This document shows, piece after piece, positions 1 through 8,756 of a stretch of 64,000 nucleotides of DNA; within the stretch, counting starts at the first letter, position 1, and each line of letters starts with the position of its first letter. Origin of the DNA: Acidobacteriota bacterium (lineage in GTDB: Bacteria > Acidobacteriota > UBA6911 > RPQK01 > JAJDTT01). The notes beneath the pieces were generated by a model that was given only the letters and a program-made list of their open reading frames with translations, made no database searches and was not told where the DNA came from. The translations under genes were made by a program, and so were the position numbers. The stretch covers positions 5,696,001 to 5,760,000 of the forward strand of contig CBDCJH010000002.1 in the NCBI GenBank assembly GCA_965217775.1, written 5' to 3'.

Positions 1-1549
1 TGGTCAACGCACCCTGGACGCAACCACCCGGACAATGGTCCGAGGCGGGCGGCAATTTCCCCTCTCCGTAGGTGATCCGGTTGATCCCGAGCCGGGTGCT
101 GAAGAGGAGCGACGGGTTCACCGTCCAAAGGTGGTTCAGCCGAACCCGGACGCCGCGGCTCTCGACCGCGACGCTGTTCAGCCGGTTGGCCGGCGACAGG
201 AAGCTCAGCTTCATATTGGGGGTGTCTTCCCAGCCGATGGTGACCTTGTGGTCCTCATGCTCGATGTCGGTCTTGAGATAGACCTTGTCGATGTCGAAGG
301 TGTCGGAACCCTCACCCTCATAGTTGTTGGTCAGTCCGCCTTTGTTCGGTCCCGGATACGCCGTCATGAGGTGCTTGGCGACGCCGCCGATGCGGCTGGC
401 GGGAATCGTGTTGTTGGGAAAGGGATCCCGCAGGAAGCCCCCCTGCCCATCCGGCCGGGTGGTGAGAGGATCGTAGATCATGCCGGCCCGGATGTCCCGG
501 CCCATGACGTCGGTCCCGAGGGATGGACCGAGGATCTCATTGAAATTCCCTTGTCGCATGAGCTCGGTCTGGACGGTTCCGATCCTTCCGGACGGTTGCG
601 TGGACCACTCATAACCGGTGTAGTTCATCATGAAGAAGGCCTTGTCCTTCACGATGGGGCCTCCCAGAATGAACCCCCACTCGTTCTGGATCTGATCGCC
701 CTTCCCAGAAGCGGTCCACCGGCGCGCATCCAGGATGTCGTTGCGGTGAAACAGGAAACCACTCCCGTGGAATTCGTTGGTTCCCGACTTGGTGATCATT
801 TCGACGGACACCCCGGAGTTGAAACCCTTCTCGGCATCCTGATTGGTCTCGATGCGGAACTCTTCGATCAGCTCGGGCGCCGGTCCGGTTTCGTCGCGCA
901 GCCCCTGATGCCAGTTGATGCTGCTCTGGTGGCCGTCGGTGTTGTACCCGAGGGGGTTCCGTTGAGGCCCGTTGTCGCCCACACCGTGGATGGTCCCCTT
1001 GTTCCCGTCCCAGGTGGGCTTGAAGATCACGCCGGGAAGGGTATTGATCAGCACCATGGACTGCCGGACGAAGAAGCTCATGTGGACCGGAAGGACTTCC
1101 AGCACTTCCGAGTCCTGGGCGTGAGCCACGGTGGTGTCGGTGGTCTTGATCAGTGTCGCCGTACCCGCGACGGTGACCGTTTCCGTCACGTCGCCGACCT
1201 CGAGCACGATGTCGACCGTCCGGGTCGTGTCCGAGGTGACGCGCTGTCCCGTGACCGTTTTGGTCTTGAACCCGGTCAGGCCGCCCGTGACCTCATATTC
1301 GCCGATTCCGAGGGCCTGGATCAGGTAGTAACCGCTGTCGTTGCTCACCGACATTCTCTCGATGCCGGTGGCCACGTTGCGCGCGGTCACCTCCACACCC
1401 GGGATCACGCCGCCCGATGCGTCGGTGACGGACCCCTGGATGTTCCCGGCGCCCTGCTGGGCGCGCTGCGCCTGAACCGGTCCACCGAGATGGAAGCCGA
1501 GGATCAGTACCAGTAGAAAGCAGGAAAACAGGTGGATTTTCGGTCTCAT
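1..1549 (-). CDS. TonB-dependent receptor, Oar/acidobacterial type (N-terminal part; runs off the window start)
   Basis: Not in the ORF track because there is no stop in the window. Translated by hand from ATG 1549 (RBS GGGAGAG): signal peptide, then GSVTDASGGVIPGVEVTARN (carboxypeptidase-regulatory-like domain), EEFRIETN, ITKSGTNEFHGS..FHRND.LDAR and GFILGGPIVKDKAFF. Confidence 0.9.
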   Translation of the reverse strand, partial: MRPKIHLFSCFLLVLILGFHLGGPVQAQRAQQGAGNIQGSVTDASGGVIPGVEVTARNVATGIERMSVSNDSGYYLIQALGIGEYEVTGGLTGFKTKTVTGQRVTSDTTRTVDIVLEVGDVTETVTVAGTATLIKTTDTTVAHAQDSEVLEVLPVHMSFFVRQSMVLINTLPGVIFKPTWDGNKGTIHGVGDNGPQRNPLGYNTDGHQSSINWHQGLRDETGPAPELIEEFRIETNQDAEKGFNSGVSVEMITKSGTNEFHGSGFLFHRNDILDARRWTASGKGDQIQNEWGFILGGPIVKDKAFFMMNYTGYEWSTQPSGRIGTVQTELMRQGNFNEILGPSLGTDVMGRDIRAGMIYDPLTTRPDGQGGFLRDPFPNNTIPASRIGGVAKHLMTAYPGPNKGGLTNNYEGEGSDTFDIDKVYLKTDIEHEDHKVTIGWEDTPNMKLSFLSPANRLNSVAVESRGVRVRLNHLWTVNPSLLFSTRLGINRITYGEGKLPPASDHCPGGCVQGALT

Positions 1550-1799
1550 GAACTCTCCCATTTTAATGAATTGCGGAACCGAGGTTTCTTCGTCCGCTAC
1601 GATGGCTCAGATCTCGGCCTTCACTGCAGGTCATGCCGGAATTTTGCTTATGTCGGCTGGGCGCAGTTGCTCACAAGGATTCCGAGTTCTGAGGATGCTC
1701 CATAAGCCCTAAGCACGCATGTAGCGCTGGGATGCAAGGACAATCTGGATTTATCTAGCAAGAGAAGAAGAGGAAGTCAACACCCCCATCCAAATTGTG

Positions 1800-1888
1800 T
1801 GGTGCCGGAGGGGGGAGTCGAACCCCCACGGGTGTCGCCACCCGCCAGATTTTGAGTCTGGTGCGTCTGCCAATTCCGCCACTCCGGC
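1800..1888 (-). tRNA. tRNA-Leu(CAA), CCA encoded
   Basis: GCCGGAGTGGCGGAATTGGCAGACGCA-CCAGA-CTCAAAA-TCTGG, long variable arm, GGGGGTTCGACTCCCCC-CTCCGGC-A-CCA. Confidence 0.97.
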
Positions 1889-1920
1889 TCCCGTCGATGG
1901 AACCGCCCGTCGAGTCTCGC

Positions 1921-1929
1921 AGTATATCA
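1921..1929 (-). promoter_or_regulatory. Putative extended -10 promoter (TGA-TATACT) for tRNA-Leu
   Basis: TGnTATACT on the minus strand about 30 nt upstream of the tRNA 5' end. Confidence 0.5.
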
Positions 1930-2111
1930 GCCCCTTGCGGAAGCCGTCGCTGGCCGGCCGGAAGCGACCAGAGTCCGAACCCGATTTCCTCGATGGTGAT
2001 TGCAGTCATGAACAGATCCGAGGTCGCTCCACTGTTGGGCGAGCCGAGGACCCGAGACGACATCACGGTCTTCATGACCTCCGAGACGACGTTGGTGTCC
2101 AGCACGATCAT
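1930..2111 (-). pseudogene. Truncated PIN-domain toxin (VapC/FitB-like)
   Basis: MIVLDTNVVSE..LFMTAITIEEIGFGLWSLPAGQRR matches the N-terminal half of FitB/VapC. Similarity stops after about 57 aa and the ORF then reads through the tRNA promoter and tRNA. Start overlaps the antitoxin stop (ATGA). Confidence 0.75.
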
Positions 2112-2341
2112 TCGAGGATGTTCGGTGGGACATGCGGCGTGCGCGGCTGCAACTCAAGGTCGACACCATGGTTCGGACCGAAAAGCTCGGTGGCCAGGTC
2201 TCCCACGCGCTCGGGTCCGGATACCGCCGTTCGCAGGATCGAACGGACTTCTTCCTCAACGGATACTCCGCGCCGCGCGGCGCGGAGACGCAGCCGGGCG
2301 ATGATGTCGTCATCGAGCTTTCTGATGCTCAAGTTGCCCAT
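2108..2341 (-). CDS. FitA/StbC-like ribbon-helix-helix antitoxin
   Basis: MGNLSIRKLDDDIIARLRLRAARRGVSVEEEVRSILRTAV is the typical FitA pattern; translationally coupled to the PIN gene. Confidence 0.85.
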   Translation of the reverse strand: MGNLSIRKLDDDIIARLRLRAARRGVSVEEEVRSILRTAVSGPERVGDLATELFGPNHGVDLELQPRTPHVPPNILE

Positions 2342-2472
2342 TGTCAGTGCTCCAGGTAGCAAATGTAAGGCAGCATTGCTTTCATAATTGTACGCCGTTT
2401 CCTCGTCAGACCCCGGCTTCGCTCCTGGACAGTGGGCACCGGATGCCGGAAGATGCCGCCGAAGGAGATCCC

Positions 2473-3720
2473 ATGCCCAATGCGGAGATCGTCGCCATCG
2501 GTTCTGAGCTGCTTCTGGGGCAGATCGTCGATACCAACTCGGCCTGGATGGCCGATCGTCTGACCGGGCTGGGAGTCGATCTCTTCTACAAGACCGTGGT
2601 TGGGGACAATCCGGGCCGGATGGAGGAGGTGATCGGCCGGGCCCTGGATCGTTCCGACATCGTGATCACCGGCGGCGGTCTGGGACCCACCCGGGACGAC
2701 CTGACCCGGGAAGTGATCGCCCGGGTGACGGGACGGCCGCTGGTCCGGGACCCGGATCTGGTGCAGGAGATCCACACCCGGTTCCGCAGCCGGGGCCTGA
2801 TCTTGACGGCCAACAACGAGCGTCAGGCCGATATCCCCCAGGGAGCCGTGCCGGTCCACAATCCCAACGGCACCGCCCCTGCCTTTCTGGTGGAGGATCC
2901 GCGAGGCGTCGTCATCGCTCTGCCTGGGGTTCCCCATGAACTCAAATGGCTCTTCGACCATGAGGTGATTCCCCGCCTGAGACAACGCTTTCGACTGGAC
3001 CACGTCATCGTCTACCGGGTGCTCAAGGTTTCCTCCATGGGGGAGAGCCACGTGGACCACCTGATCGGTCACCTCATCACCGAATCCACCAATCCCACCG
3101 TGGGCGTCCTGGCCCATCCCGGCCAGGTGGATGTGCGAATCGCCGCCAAGGCCCCCGACCGGGCAGAGGCAGCAGGGTTGATCGCCCCGGTTGAGGGGCA
3201 GGTCCGCAAACTTTTGGGGCGCCATGTCTTCGCCGCCGACCGGGAGTCCATGGAGGACTCGGTGGGAGAGCTGTTGAGGCGGGCCGGCCTGCAAATCGCC
3301 GTCTACGAGGATATTACCGGAGGCATGGTGGCGGAGAGATTTCAGATGGCCGATCCGGACCGCCTGGTCGAAGGGGTCATTGCCGGCGGTCCCGATTCCG
3401 GCCGGCGACTTCTGGAGGCGGCGGGGGGCGATGGGTCGGTGTCGGACCCGGAACTCCGGACACAAGAGCTGGCTCGGGCCCTCCGGACGGTCTGCCGCGC
3501 CGACCTGGGCCTGGCCGTGCATGGGATTCCGGACCCGGAGGATCGAAGCCGGAACTTGGCGAAGGGTAAATCCTTTTTCTGCGTCACCGACGGCCGAACC
3601 ATGGAGGCTCGCAGTTTCGGAATGGCCGGCCGTGGCCGGCCGGACCGGACCCGCACGAGTCTTTACGCCCTGGACCTGGTGCGGATGTCGCTTTTGGGCG
3701 GCATGGGACAGGAAGGGTAG
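2473..3720 (+). CDS. cinA: CinA family protein (MocF/ADP-ribose pyrophosphatase domain plus degenerate PncC domain)
   Basis: AEIVAIGSELLLGQIVDTNS, VGDN, GGLGPTRDDLT, LPGVPHE; RBS GAAGGAG. Confidence 0.9.
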   Translation: MPNAEIVAIGSELLLGQIVDTNSAWMADRLTGLGVDLFYKTVVGDNPGRMEEVIGRALDRSDIVITGGGLGPTRDDLTREVIARVTGRPLVRDPDLVQEIHTRFRSRGLILTANNERQADIPQGAVPVHNPNGTAPAFLVEDPRGVVIALPGVPHELKWLFDHEVIPRLRQRFRLDHVIVYRVLKVSSMGESHVDHLIGHLITESTNPTVGVLAHPGQVDVRIAAKAPDRAEAAGLIAPVEGQVRKLLGRHVFAADRESMEDSVGELLRRAGLQIAVYEDITGGMVAERFQMADPDRLVEGVIAGGPDSGRRLLEAAGGDGSVSDPELRTQELARALRTVCRADLGLAVHGIPDPEDRSRNLAKGKSFFCVTDGRTMEARSFGMAGRGRPDRTRTSLYALDLVRMSLLGGMGQEG

Positions 3721-3860
3721 GGCACCCCTCGTGGATGCCCTTTTCGATCCTTCGCTTTCTTGGGCAGGAGCGGCGATTTCCAGTCGCCGATTTCCGGATG
3801 AACAGTGGGACAGAAAGGGACCGGGCGGAGGAAGAGTGGGCGACTGGAAATCGCCCCTCC
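3717..3860. repeat. Cluster of REP-like palindromes (one GTAG-type, plus an inverted pair of GGAG(C/G)GGCGATTTCCAGTCGCC)
   Basis: GTAGGGCACCCCTCGTGGATGCCCT at 3717-3741; copies at 3767-3789 (+) and 3838-3860 (-), between convergent genes. Confidence 0.75.
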
Positions 3861-3868
3861 GCGCGAAT

Positions 3869-5149
3869 TCAGCTCTCGAACCAGTCCACCGGGATGATGG
3901 ACAGCTTCACGTCGCAGAAGAAAAAGGTGGGGTGCCCTTGGTACCACTCGTAGTAGAGGAGGTAGACGTTCTCACCGTAGATCCGGACCGCGTGGTAGGC
4001 CCAGCAGCGCCCCTCCACCTCCTCGATCGTCTTGGCGTACCGGAAGCTGGCCCCCTCGTCCTCGCTGACGGCGAAGGCCAGGGGCCGGCGTTCGGTCCAT
4101 TTCGCTTCCGCTCCCTTGGGATTGTTGTTGTAGATCATCGCCAGGCGCCCTGAGGGCAGGCGCAGGAAGGTCTGGGGCGAGGTGGGGGCGACAATCTCCC
4201 GAATCGGCTCCGGATTGCTCCAGGACACTCCCGAATCGCTCGAGAAACACTTGTAGGGATGGTTGAGCTTGGTCCGGTTCACCATCAGGATCCGGCCATC
4301 CGTCAGCTCCACCAGTCCCGGTTCCTGAAGCGTGATCTGCCAGTACTCGTGGCCGGGATAGTCCTCGATCCGCAGGGTGCAGGACTCTCCCCGGGTCCAG
4401 GTCTTCCCCCCGTCGTCCGAGTAGTGCGCCAGGGCCGACTGCTTCTCCCAGCCCAGTTCCTTCCCCGGGTCCAGGGCGACGGCCGAGGGGACCAGGATCC
4501 GGCCCGTCGAGAGCTGTAGGGCCCGGGCATTGTTGGTGACGTAATAATGGTCCCGGTCCGTGAGCCGAACCGGCTTGGAGAAGGTGACACCGTCCCGGGA
4601 AACCCGGGTGTGGATGCTGCTGCGGATCTTCCGGTGGAAGGCCTTGTTCTCCGGCTCCGTCTCCTCTTTGCCCATGTAGAACAGATGGATCTCTCCGGAG
4701 CCGGAGAGGCGCATAAGGCTGGCGCTCATGAGGTTCGAGTTGGCCGTGTGCTCCGGCTCGGAGAGGGAGGCCACCGGGTGAATCGGTCCCCAACTATGGC
4801 CCATATCTTCCGAGTAGCGGCCCACGATTTGGGACTCGGCATGGTCGCTGGCGCCTGAGAAACGGGACCAGACCGCTAGCAGGCGTCCGTCGGGGAGTTG
4901 GACCAGATCCCCTTCCGAATGACGCGGGAAGATCTCGTTGGACCGGCCCAGAATGAGTTCCAGGCCGGGGGCTCCGGACTCCCGTTCCCGCACCCGGATT
5001 CGGTCGGAACCGGACTCCCCCGGGCCCCCTCCCCGGGTGCAGGAGAGCAGCGGCGAGAGGGCGGCGAGAGCGGCTCCTCCGCCCAGATTGGCCAGTGCAC
5101 GCCGGCGGGAAAGTCTCAGCGGCGACGGCGAAGCGGTCGTCGGAGTCAC
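3869..5149 (-). CDS. Tat-exported sialidase/BNR (Asp-box) beta-propeller lipoprotein
   Basis: LSRRRAL twin-arginine motif and LLSC lipobox; Asp-boxes SEDMGHSW, SRDGVTF, SDDGGKTW, SSDSGVSW, SEDEGASF. GTG start is inferred. Confidence 0.8.
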   Translation of the reverse strand: MTPTTASPSPLRLSRRRALANLGGGAALAALSPLLSCTRGGGPGESGSDRIRVRERESGAPGLELILGRSNEIFPRHSEGDLVQLPDGRLLAVWSRFSGASDHAESQIVGRYSEDMGHSWGPIHPVASLSEPEHTANSNLMSASLMRLSGSGEIHLFYMGKEETEPENKAFHRKIRSSIHTRVSRDGVTFSKPVRLTDRDHYYVTNNARALQLSTGRILVPSAVALDPGKELGWEKQSALAHYSDDGGKTWTRGESCTLRIEDYPGHEYWQITLQEPGLVELTDGRILMVNRTKLNHPYKCFSSDSGVSWSNPEPIREIVAPTSPQTFLRLPSGRLAMIYNNNPKGAEAKWTERRPLAFAVSEDEGASFRYAKTIEEVEGRCWAYHAVRIYGENVYLLYYEWYQGHPTFFFCDVKLSIIPVDWFES

Positions 5150-5157
5150 CGGGCGGA

Positions 5158-8100
5158 TCAGCGAGCGCCCCGTTCGTTGGAGAGGGTCCGGTAGTATTCC
5201 TCGACGCGTTCGCGGAACACCGGTGGAACCTCCTCTTCCTGGAACAGCCATACGAGATTCTCCTCTTCCCGGTCCAGGGCCCGGTTGATCTCCAGCTCCA
5301 GTTGTTGGAAGCCATGGACGATCTTGGACTTGAGCCGCGCGATCTCCTCCGGGTCGGAGAAAATCCGCTCCAGAGCCAGCTCGCGCATCTCCTGGGACAA
5401 GGCCGCAGCGTCCCTCCCCAGGGAGTGCTCCCCCCGGAGCAGGCGGGATATGGATTCGGCTTCCTGTAGCCGCTCCTGCCATTCCCGCCTCAGTTGGCGC
5501 GGGTCGATGCCGGAGAGATTGGCGCGGCTGCCGGCCTGCCGCGAGTCCCCCGGTTGACCCTGGGGCCGGGACCCTCGATCTCCTTCACCCTGGGATCCTT
5601 CGTTGCCGGTCATCTCCCCGGAGCCCTCTCCGGAACCCTCCTGTCCCTCCTCGGAACCCTCCTTCCCGTCCGTTCCGCCCTGCGAGAGGCGGCGGCGCAG
5701 CGAATCAAGTCCCTCCACCAGCTCGGCGATCTCTTCCCCGGCCTGCTTGAGACCGTCCTTGGCGCCGGGCGGCCCCTTCTGCCCCAGGGCCTGTGCCGCC
5801 TCGTCGATGTTCTCCACCAGTTCCTGCAGCCCCTGGGTCACCCCGTCCTCACGGTCCTGAGCCAGGTCGACCCAGCCTCGGGACAGCAACTCGGAGCCCT
5901 CCTGCATCTTCTCGGAGAGGCGGTCGTCCCGGATCTTGTTACCGGCCTGCTTCAACCGGCGGGACGCCTGGGGTTCCTGCGATGCCGTCCGCTTCGCGGT
6001 CTGGTGAAGTTCCCCTTCCACCCGGGAAAGTTCCTGTTGGAGCTCACCCTTCTCGCGGAGCAGGTTTCGGATCTGGCGGATGGTCTCCCGGTCCACCTTT
6101 CCCTGATTCAGCCGTTTTCCGACTCCGTCCATCCCCTCGAGCGTCTGTTCCTGCCGGTGCAACATGCGGCGGGAATCCTGGGACAACTGCCGGATTCGTT
6201 CCGAGATCTGCTCCTGCTGAGTCTTCTCCAGCGCCTCCTGGGCTTCCTTCAATCGCTCCAGGGCGCGTTCGGCCAGCATGCGCTGCCGTTCCCCGGTCTG
6301 GCCGTTGCCGCCCTGCCCCAGGTCGCGAGCCGCCTCCCGCAGCCGGTTGCTGATCCTGGACAGCTCTTGCTGTTGCTCCTGCCTGGAGAGCCGTTCCAGT
6401 TGGCGGGTCAATCGCTCGATCTCCTCCCGAAGCTGCTGAGCAGTGAGCCGGTCGGCGCCGGACCCGCGGCCGGCCATGCGCCGCGACCGCTCCACCGCCT
6501 GTTCCTGGCGCCGCGCCAGTTCCTTCAACTTCTCCAGGGCGTCGTCCAGTTGCTGCTCCTGGCGGAACTGCTGGTTCTGGCGAATGGTTTCGTACTGGTT
6601 CTTGGTCCGGTCCAGTTCCAGGTCCACCAGGTCGGCCAGTTCCTCCGAGGTGGCGCCGCCGGCGCCCTGGCCCTCGCCGAAGGAGACCTGAATCTCCTTG
6701 AACAGGGATTCGGCGCTGAGCAACTGGCGGAACGCCTTCTGCTCGTGGGGCAGGGCCTGCTCCGGCTCCACCTGGTTGAGCCGCTCGTGGGCCGGCTCCA
6801 TGTGGGTCATGGCCTCGCTCAGCCGTTCCCTCATCTTGCGGAATCGCTCGTCGGACGCGGCCGCCTGGCGGCGCTCGAGCCGGTCGGTGATCACCTGGAC
6901 CTCTTCCCGGAGGCGCTGCTGCACCAGGGCCGCCGTCTGGCTCTGTTCCTTGAGTTCCTCGGCCGGCGTCGAGGCCCGGTCCTTCTGCAGCTTGAAGGTG
7001 GCGATGATGATCTGCTTCTGGCGCTTGGACAGCTCCAACTCCTGGGAGCCACCACCGGGAAGGCCGATGCCGCCGGTCTGGGACTGATAGTACTCCCGGT
7101 CGTACGGCTGGACCTCCAGGAAGAAGATGTCGGTATCCGAATGGGAGACGGCGTCCGAGGCGCGGGCGTGATAGGAAACGAAGTCTCCCGGCACCAGGTC
7201 GTGCTCCTCCAGGAAGAAGGTGTGGCCGACGGTGAAGGAGCCGGCCCCCGCCACGGGCGTCAACTCGACGGCCTGTTCCGCGTCGCCGTTGACCGAGTAG
7301 CGGAGGGACAGGCTCCGAATCCCGTGATCGTCTCCGGCCTGGAGCTCCATGAAGATCTCTTCGATGTTGCTCACCCGCCGGTCGCGTCCGGGCTGCTTGA
7401 AAACGATCCGGGGGGGCTGGTCCTCCACCGCCAGGATCACGTACTCGTTGGTCCCGGGGTTCCACACCTCCTCCTGGTTCTGGAGATGGATGCGGTAGTA
7501 GTCGCTGCGGCGGATCTCGAAGGAACCCCGGTAGCCCCCGGTGCCGTCCGCCTCCAGCCCGATGGAGCCGCCCTCCTCCAGCTTCAGGAGCGCTCCCCGA
7601 ATGGGTTGGTCGCTCTCGATGCGAAAATAGGCGGTCGTCCCCACCAGGGCCTCGATGTCTCCCTCGTCCTTCTGCACGGCCGGGTCGAGACGGGTGTACC
7701 GCGGAAAGACCAGGCGGAGCTCGAGGGAACTGACCCGGGGAATCTCCGAGACCTCAAGCCTGTAGGTCTCGGACCGGATTCCGTCCGCCTCCACGTAGTA
7801 GTCCATGGGATCGCGGACGTCGAAGAAGAGGAAGACGAACCCTCCCGACTCCGGGTCGGGCCGCATCCGGACCTCCTCCCAAGAGGGATCTTCCCCATAC
7901 CGGACGAGAAGGCTCACCCGCCGGCTTTCGAAACCGCCCGGCACGGCCCGGATTTCCACGTCCGCGTGCTTGGCGACGGTGGTGCTGCCGGGTGTGACCT
8001 GAATCGAGTAGAGGGGAAGCGTGCCGTCGGCGGTCCAGCCCCGGAAGAGGCGGTCCAGGCTGTAGCGATAGGCTTCGGGTCCCCCGAAGAAGAGGTAGGC

Positions 8101-8562
8101 GAAGAAGAGCACCGAGACGGCGCCCGTCAGCAGGGAGAGGAGGCTGCCTCGGGGATCGTAGAAGCGAGGCTGCGAGACGCGGAACAGCTTCCGCCTCACG
8201 TCCCGCTCCAACAGGCGGCTCAGCTCGGGATCGGCCGGCGCCTGCCCCTCCCGGATCTCGACGACGGTGGAGAGGCCTTGCTCCAGTTGAGGATTCCGTT
8301 CCTCCACGAAGCGGGCCAGACGGCCGGGGGAATAGCGGCGCCGCAGCAACGGGGCCAGTAGTCCGCCTGCCAGCAGGAGAACCAGAAGCGCTCCACCCAG
8401 CAGCCGGGCCCAGAACAGGGCCGGCTCGGAGAAATTGTTCCGGGCCAGGACGTAGCTGAAGAGGATCGAAGCCAGGATGGTGGCCAGGAACACGACGGCG
8501 AGGCCTCTGAGCAGCCGCTCCCCCAGGAGCTTCCGCCTCACCGTTGCGATGATTTCCAGCAT
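5158..8562 (-). CDS. Large DUF4175-like membrane protein (3 N-terminal TM, Ig-like beta domains, long Q/E-rich coiled coil)
   Basis: TM helices, then DQPPRI / AGDDHGIRSL / LVPGDFVSYHARASD, then coiled coil and a C-terminal VPPVFRERVEEYYRTL motif. Confidence 0.75.
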   Translation of the reverse strand: MLEIIATVRRKLLGERLLRGLAVVFLATILASILFSYVLARNNFSEPALFWARLLGGALLVLLLAGGLLAPLLRRRYSPGRLARFVEERNPQLEQGLSTVVEIREGQAPADPELSRLLERDVRRKLFRVSQPRFYDPRGSLLSLLTGAVSVLFFAYLFFGGPEAYRYSLDRLFRGWTADGTLPLYSIQVTPGSTTVAKHADVEIRAVPGGFESRRVSLLVRYGEDPSWEEVRMRPDPESGGFVFLFFDVRDPMDYYVEADGIRSETYRLEVSEIPRVSSLELRLVFPRYTRLDPAVQKDEGDIEALVGTTAYFRIESDQPIRGALLKLEEGGSIGLEADGTGGYRGSFEIRRSDYYRIHLQNQEEVWNPGTNEYVILAVEDQPPRIVFKQPGRDRRVSNIEEIFMELQAGDDHGIRSLSLRYSVNGDAEQAVELTPVAGAGSFTVGHTFFLEEHDLVPGDFVSYHARASDAVSHSDTDIFFLEVQPYDREYYQSQTGGIGLPGGGSQELELSKRQKQIIIATFKLQKDRASTPAEELKEQSQTAALVQQRLREEVQVITDRLERRQAAASDERFRKMRERLSEAMTHMEPAHERLNQVEPEQALPHEQKAFRQLLSAESLFKEIQVSFGEGQGAGGATSEELADLVDLELDRTKNQYETIRQNQQFRQEQQLDDALEKLKELARRQEQAVERSRRMAGRGSGADRLTAQQLREEIERLTRQLERLSRQEQQQELSRISNRLREAARDLGQGGNGQTGERQRMLAERALERLKEAQEALEKTQQEQISERIRQLSQDSRRMLHRQEQTLEGMDGVGKRLNQGKVDRETIRQIRNLLREKGELQQELSRVEGELHQTAKRTASQEPQASRRLKQAGNKIRDDRLSEKMQEGSELLSRGWVDLAQDREDGVTQGLQELVENIDEAAQALGQKGPPGAKDGLKQAGEEIAELVEGLDSLRRRLSQGGTDGKEGSEEGQEGSGEGSGEMTGNEGSQGEGDRGSRPQGQPGDSRQAGSRANLSGIDPRQLRREWQERLQEAESISRLLRGEHSLGRDAAALSQEMRELALERIFSDPEEIARLKSKIVHGFQQLELEINRALDREEENLVWLFQEEEVPPVFRERVEEYYRTLSNERGAR

Positions 8563-8597
8563 GATTGGACTCTGGTCCGCTTGGGGCGGAACCTTCA

Positions 8598-8755
8598 CCG
8601 CCCGTGGTAAAAGTCGCCACGGCATTCGACCGTCCCTGCATCCCGGCGGACTGCGTTGCGACTCGGTCACATACTCCCGGTATGCTCCCTCATCGCGCCT
8701 TGTCCGGCGGGTGCAGGACCGGTCTCGGTGCTCGCGAGACTTTCACCACGGACTG
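8598..8755. mobile_element. 158-bp MITE with imperfect terminal inverted repeats and a TTCA target-site duplication
   Basis: Left end CCGCCCGTGGTAAAAGTC vs reverse complement of right end CAGTCCGTGGTGAAAGTC; TTCA at 8594-8597 and 8756-8759; no ORF. Confidence 0.75.
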
Positions 8756-8756
8756 T

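Noticed and set aside
35-1516. 493-aa plus-strand ORF
   Set aside because: Antisense shadow of the TonB-dependent receptor on the minus strand.
1550-1790. Cobalamin or other riboswitch upstream of the TonB receptor
   Set aside because: No B12-box or other aptamer consensus was recognised.
1800-1850. tRNA-Leu as the attachment site of an integrated island
   Set aside because: No integrase and no duplicated tRNA 3' end was seen in the window.
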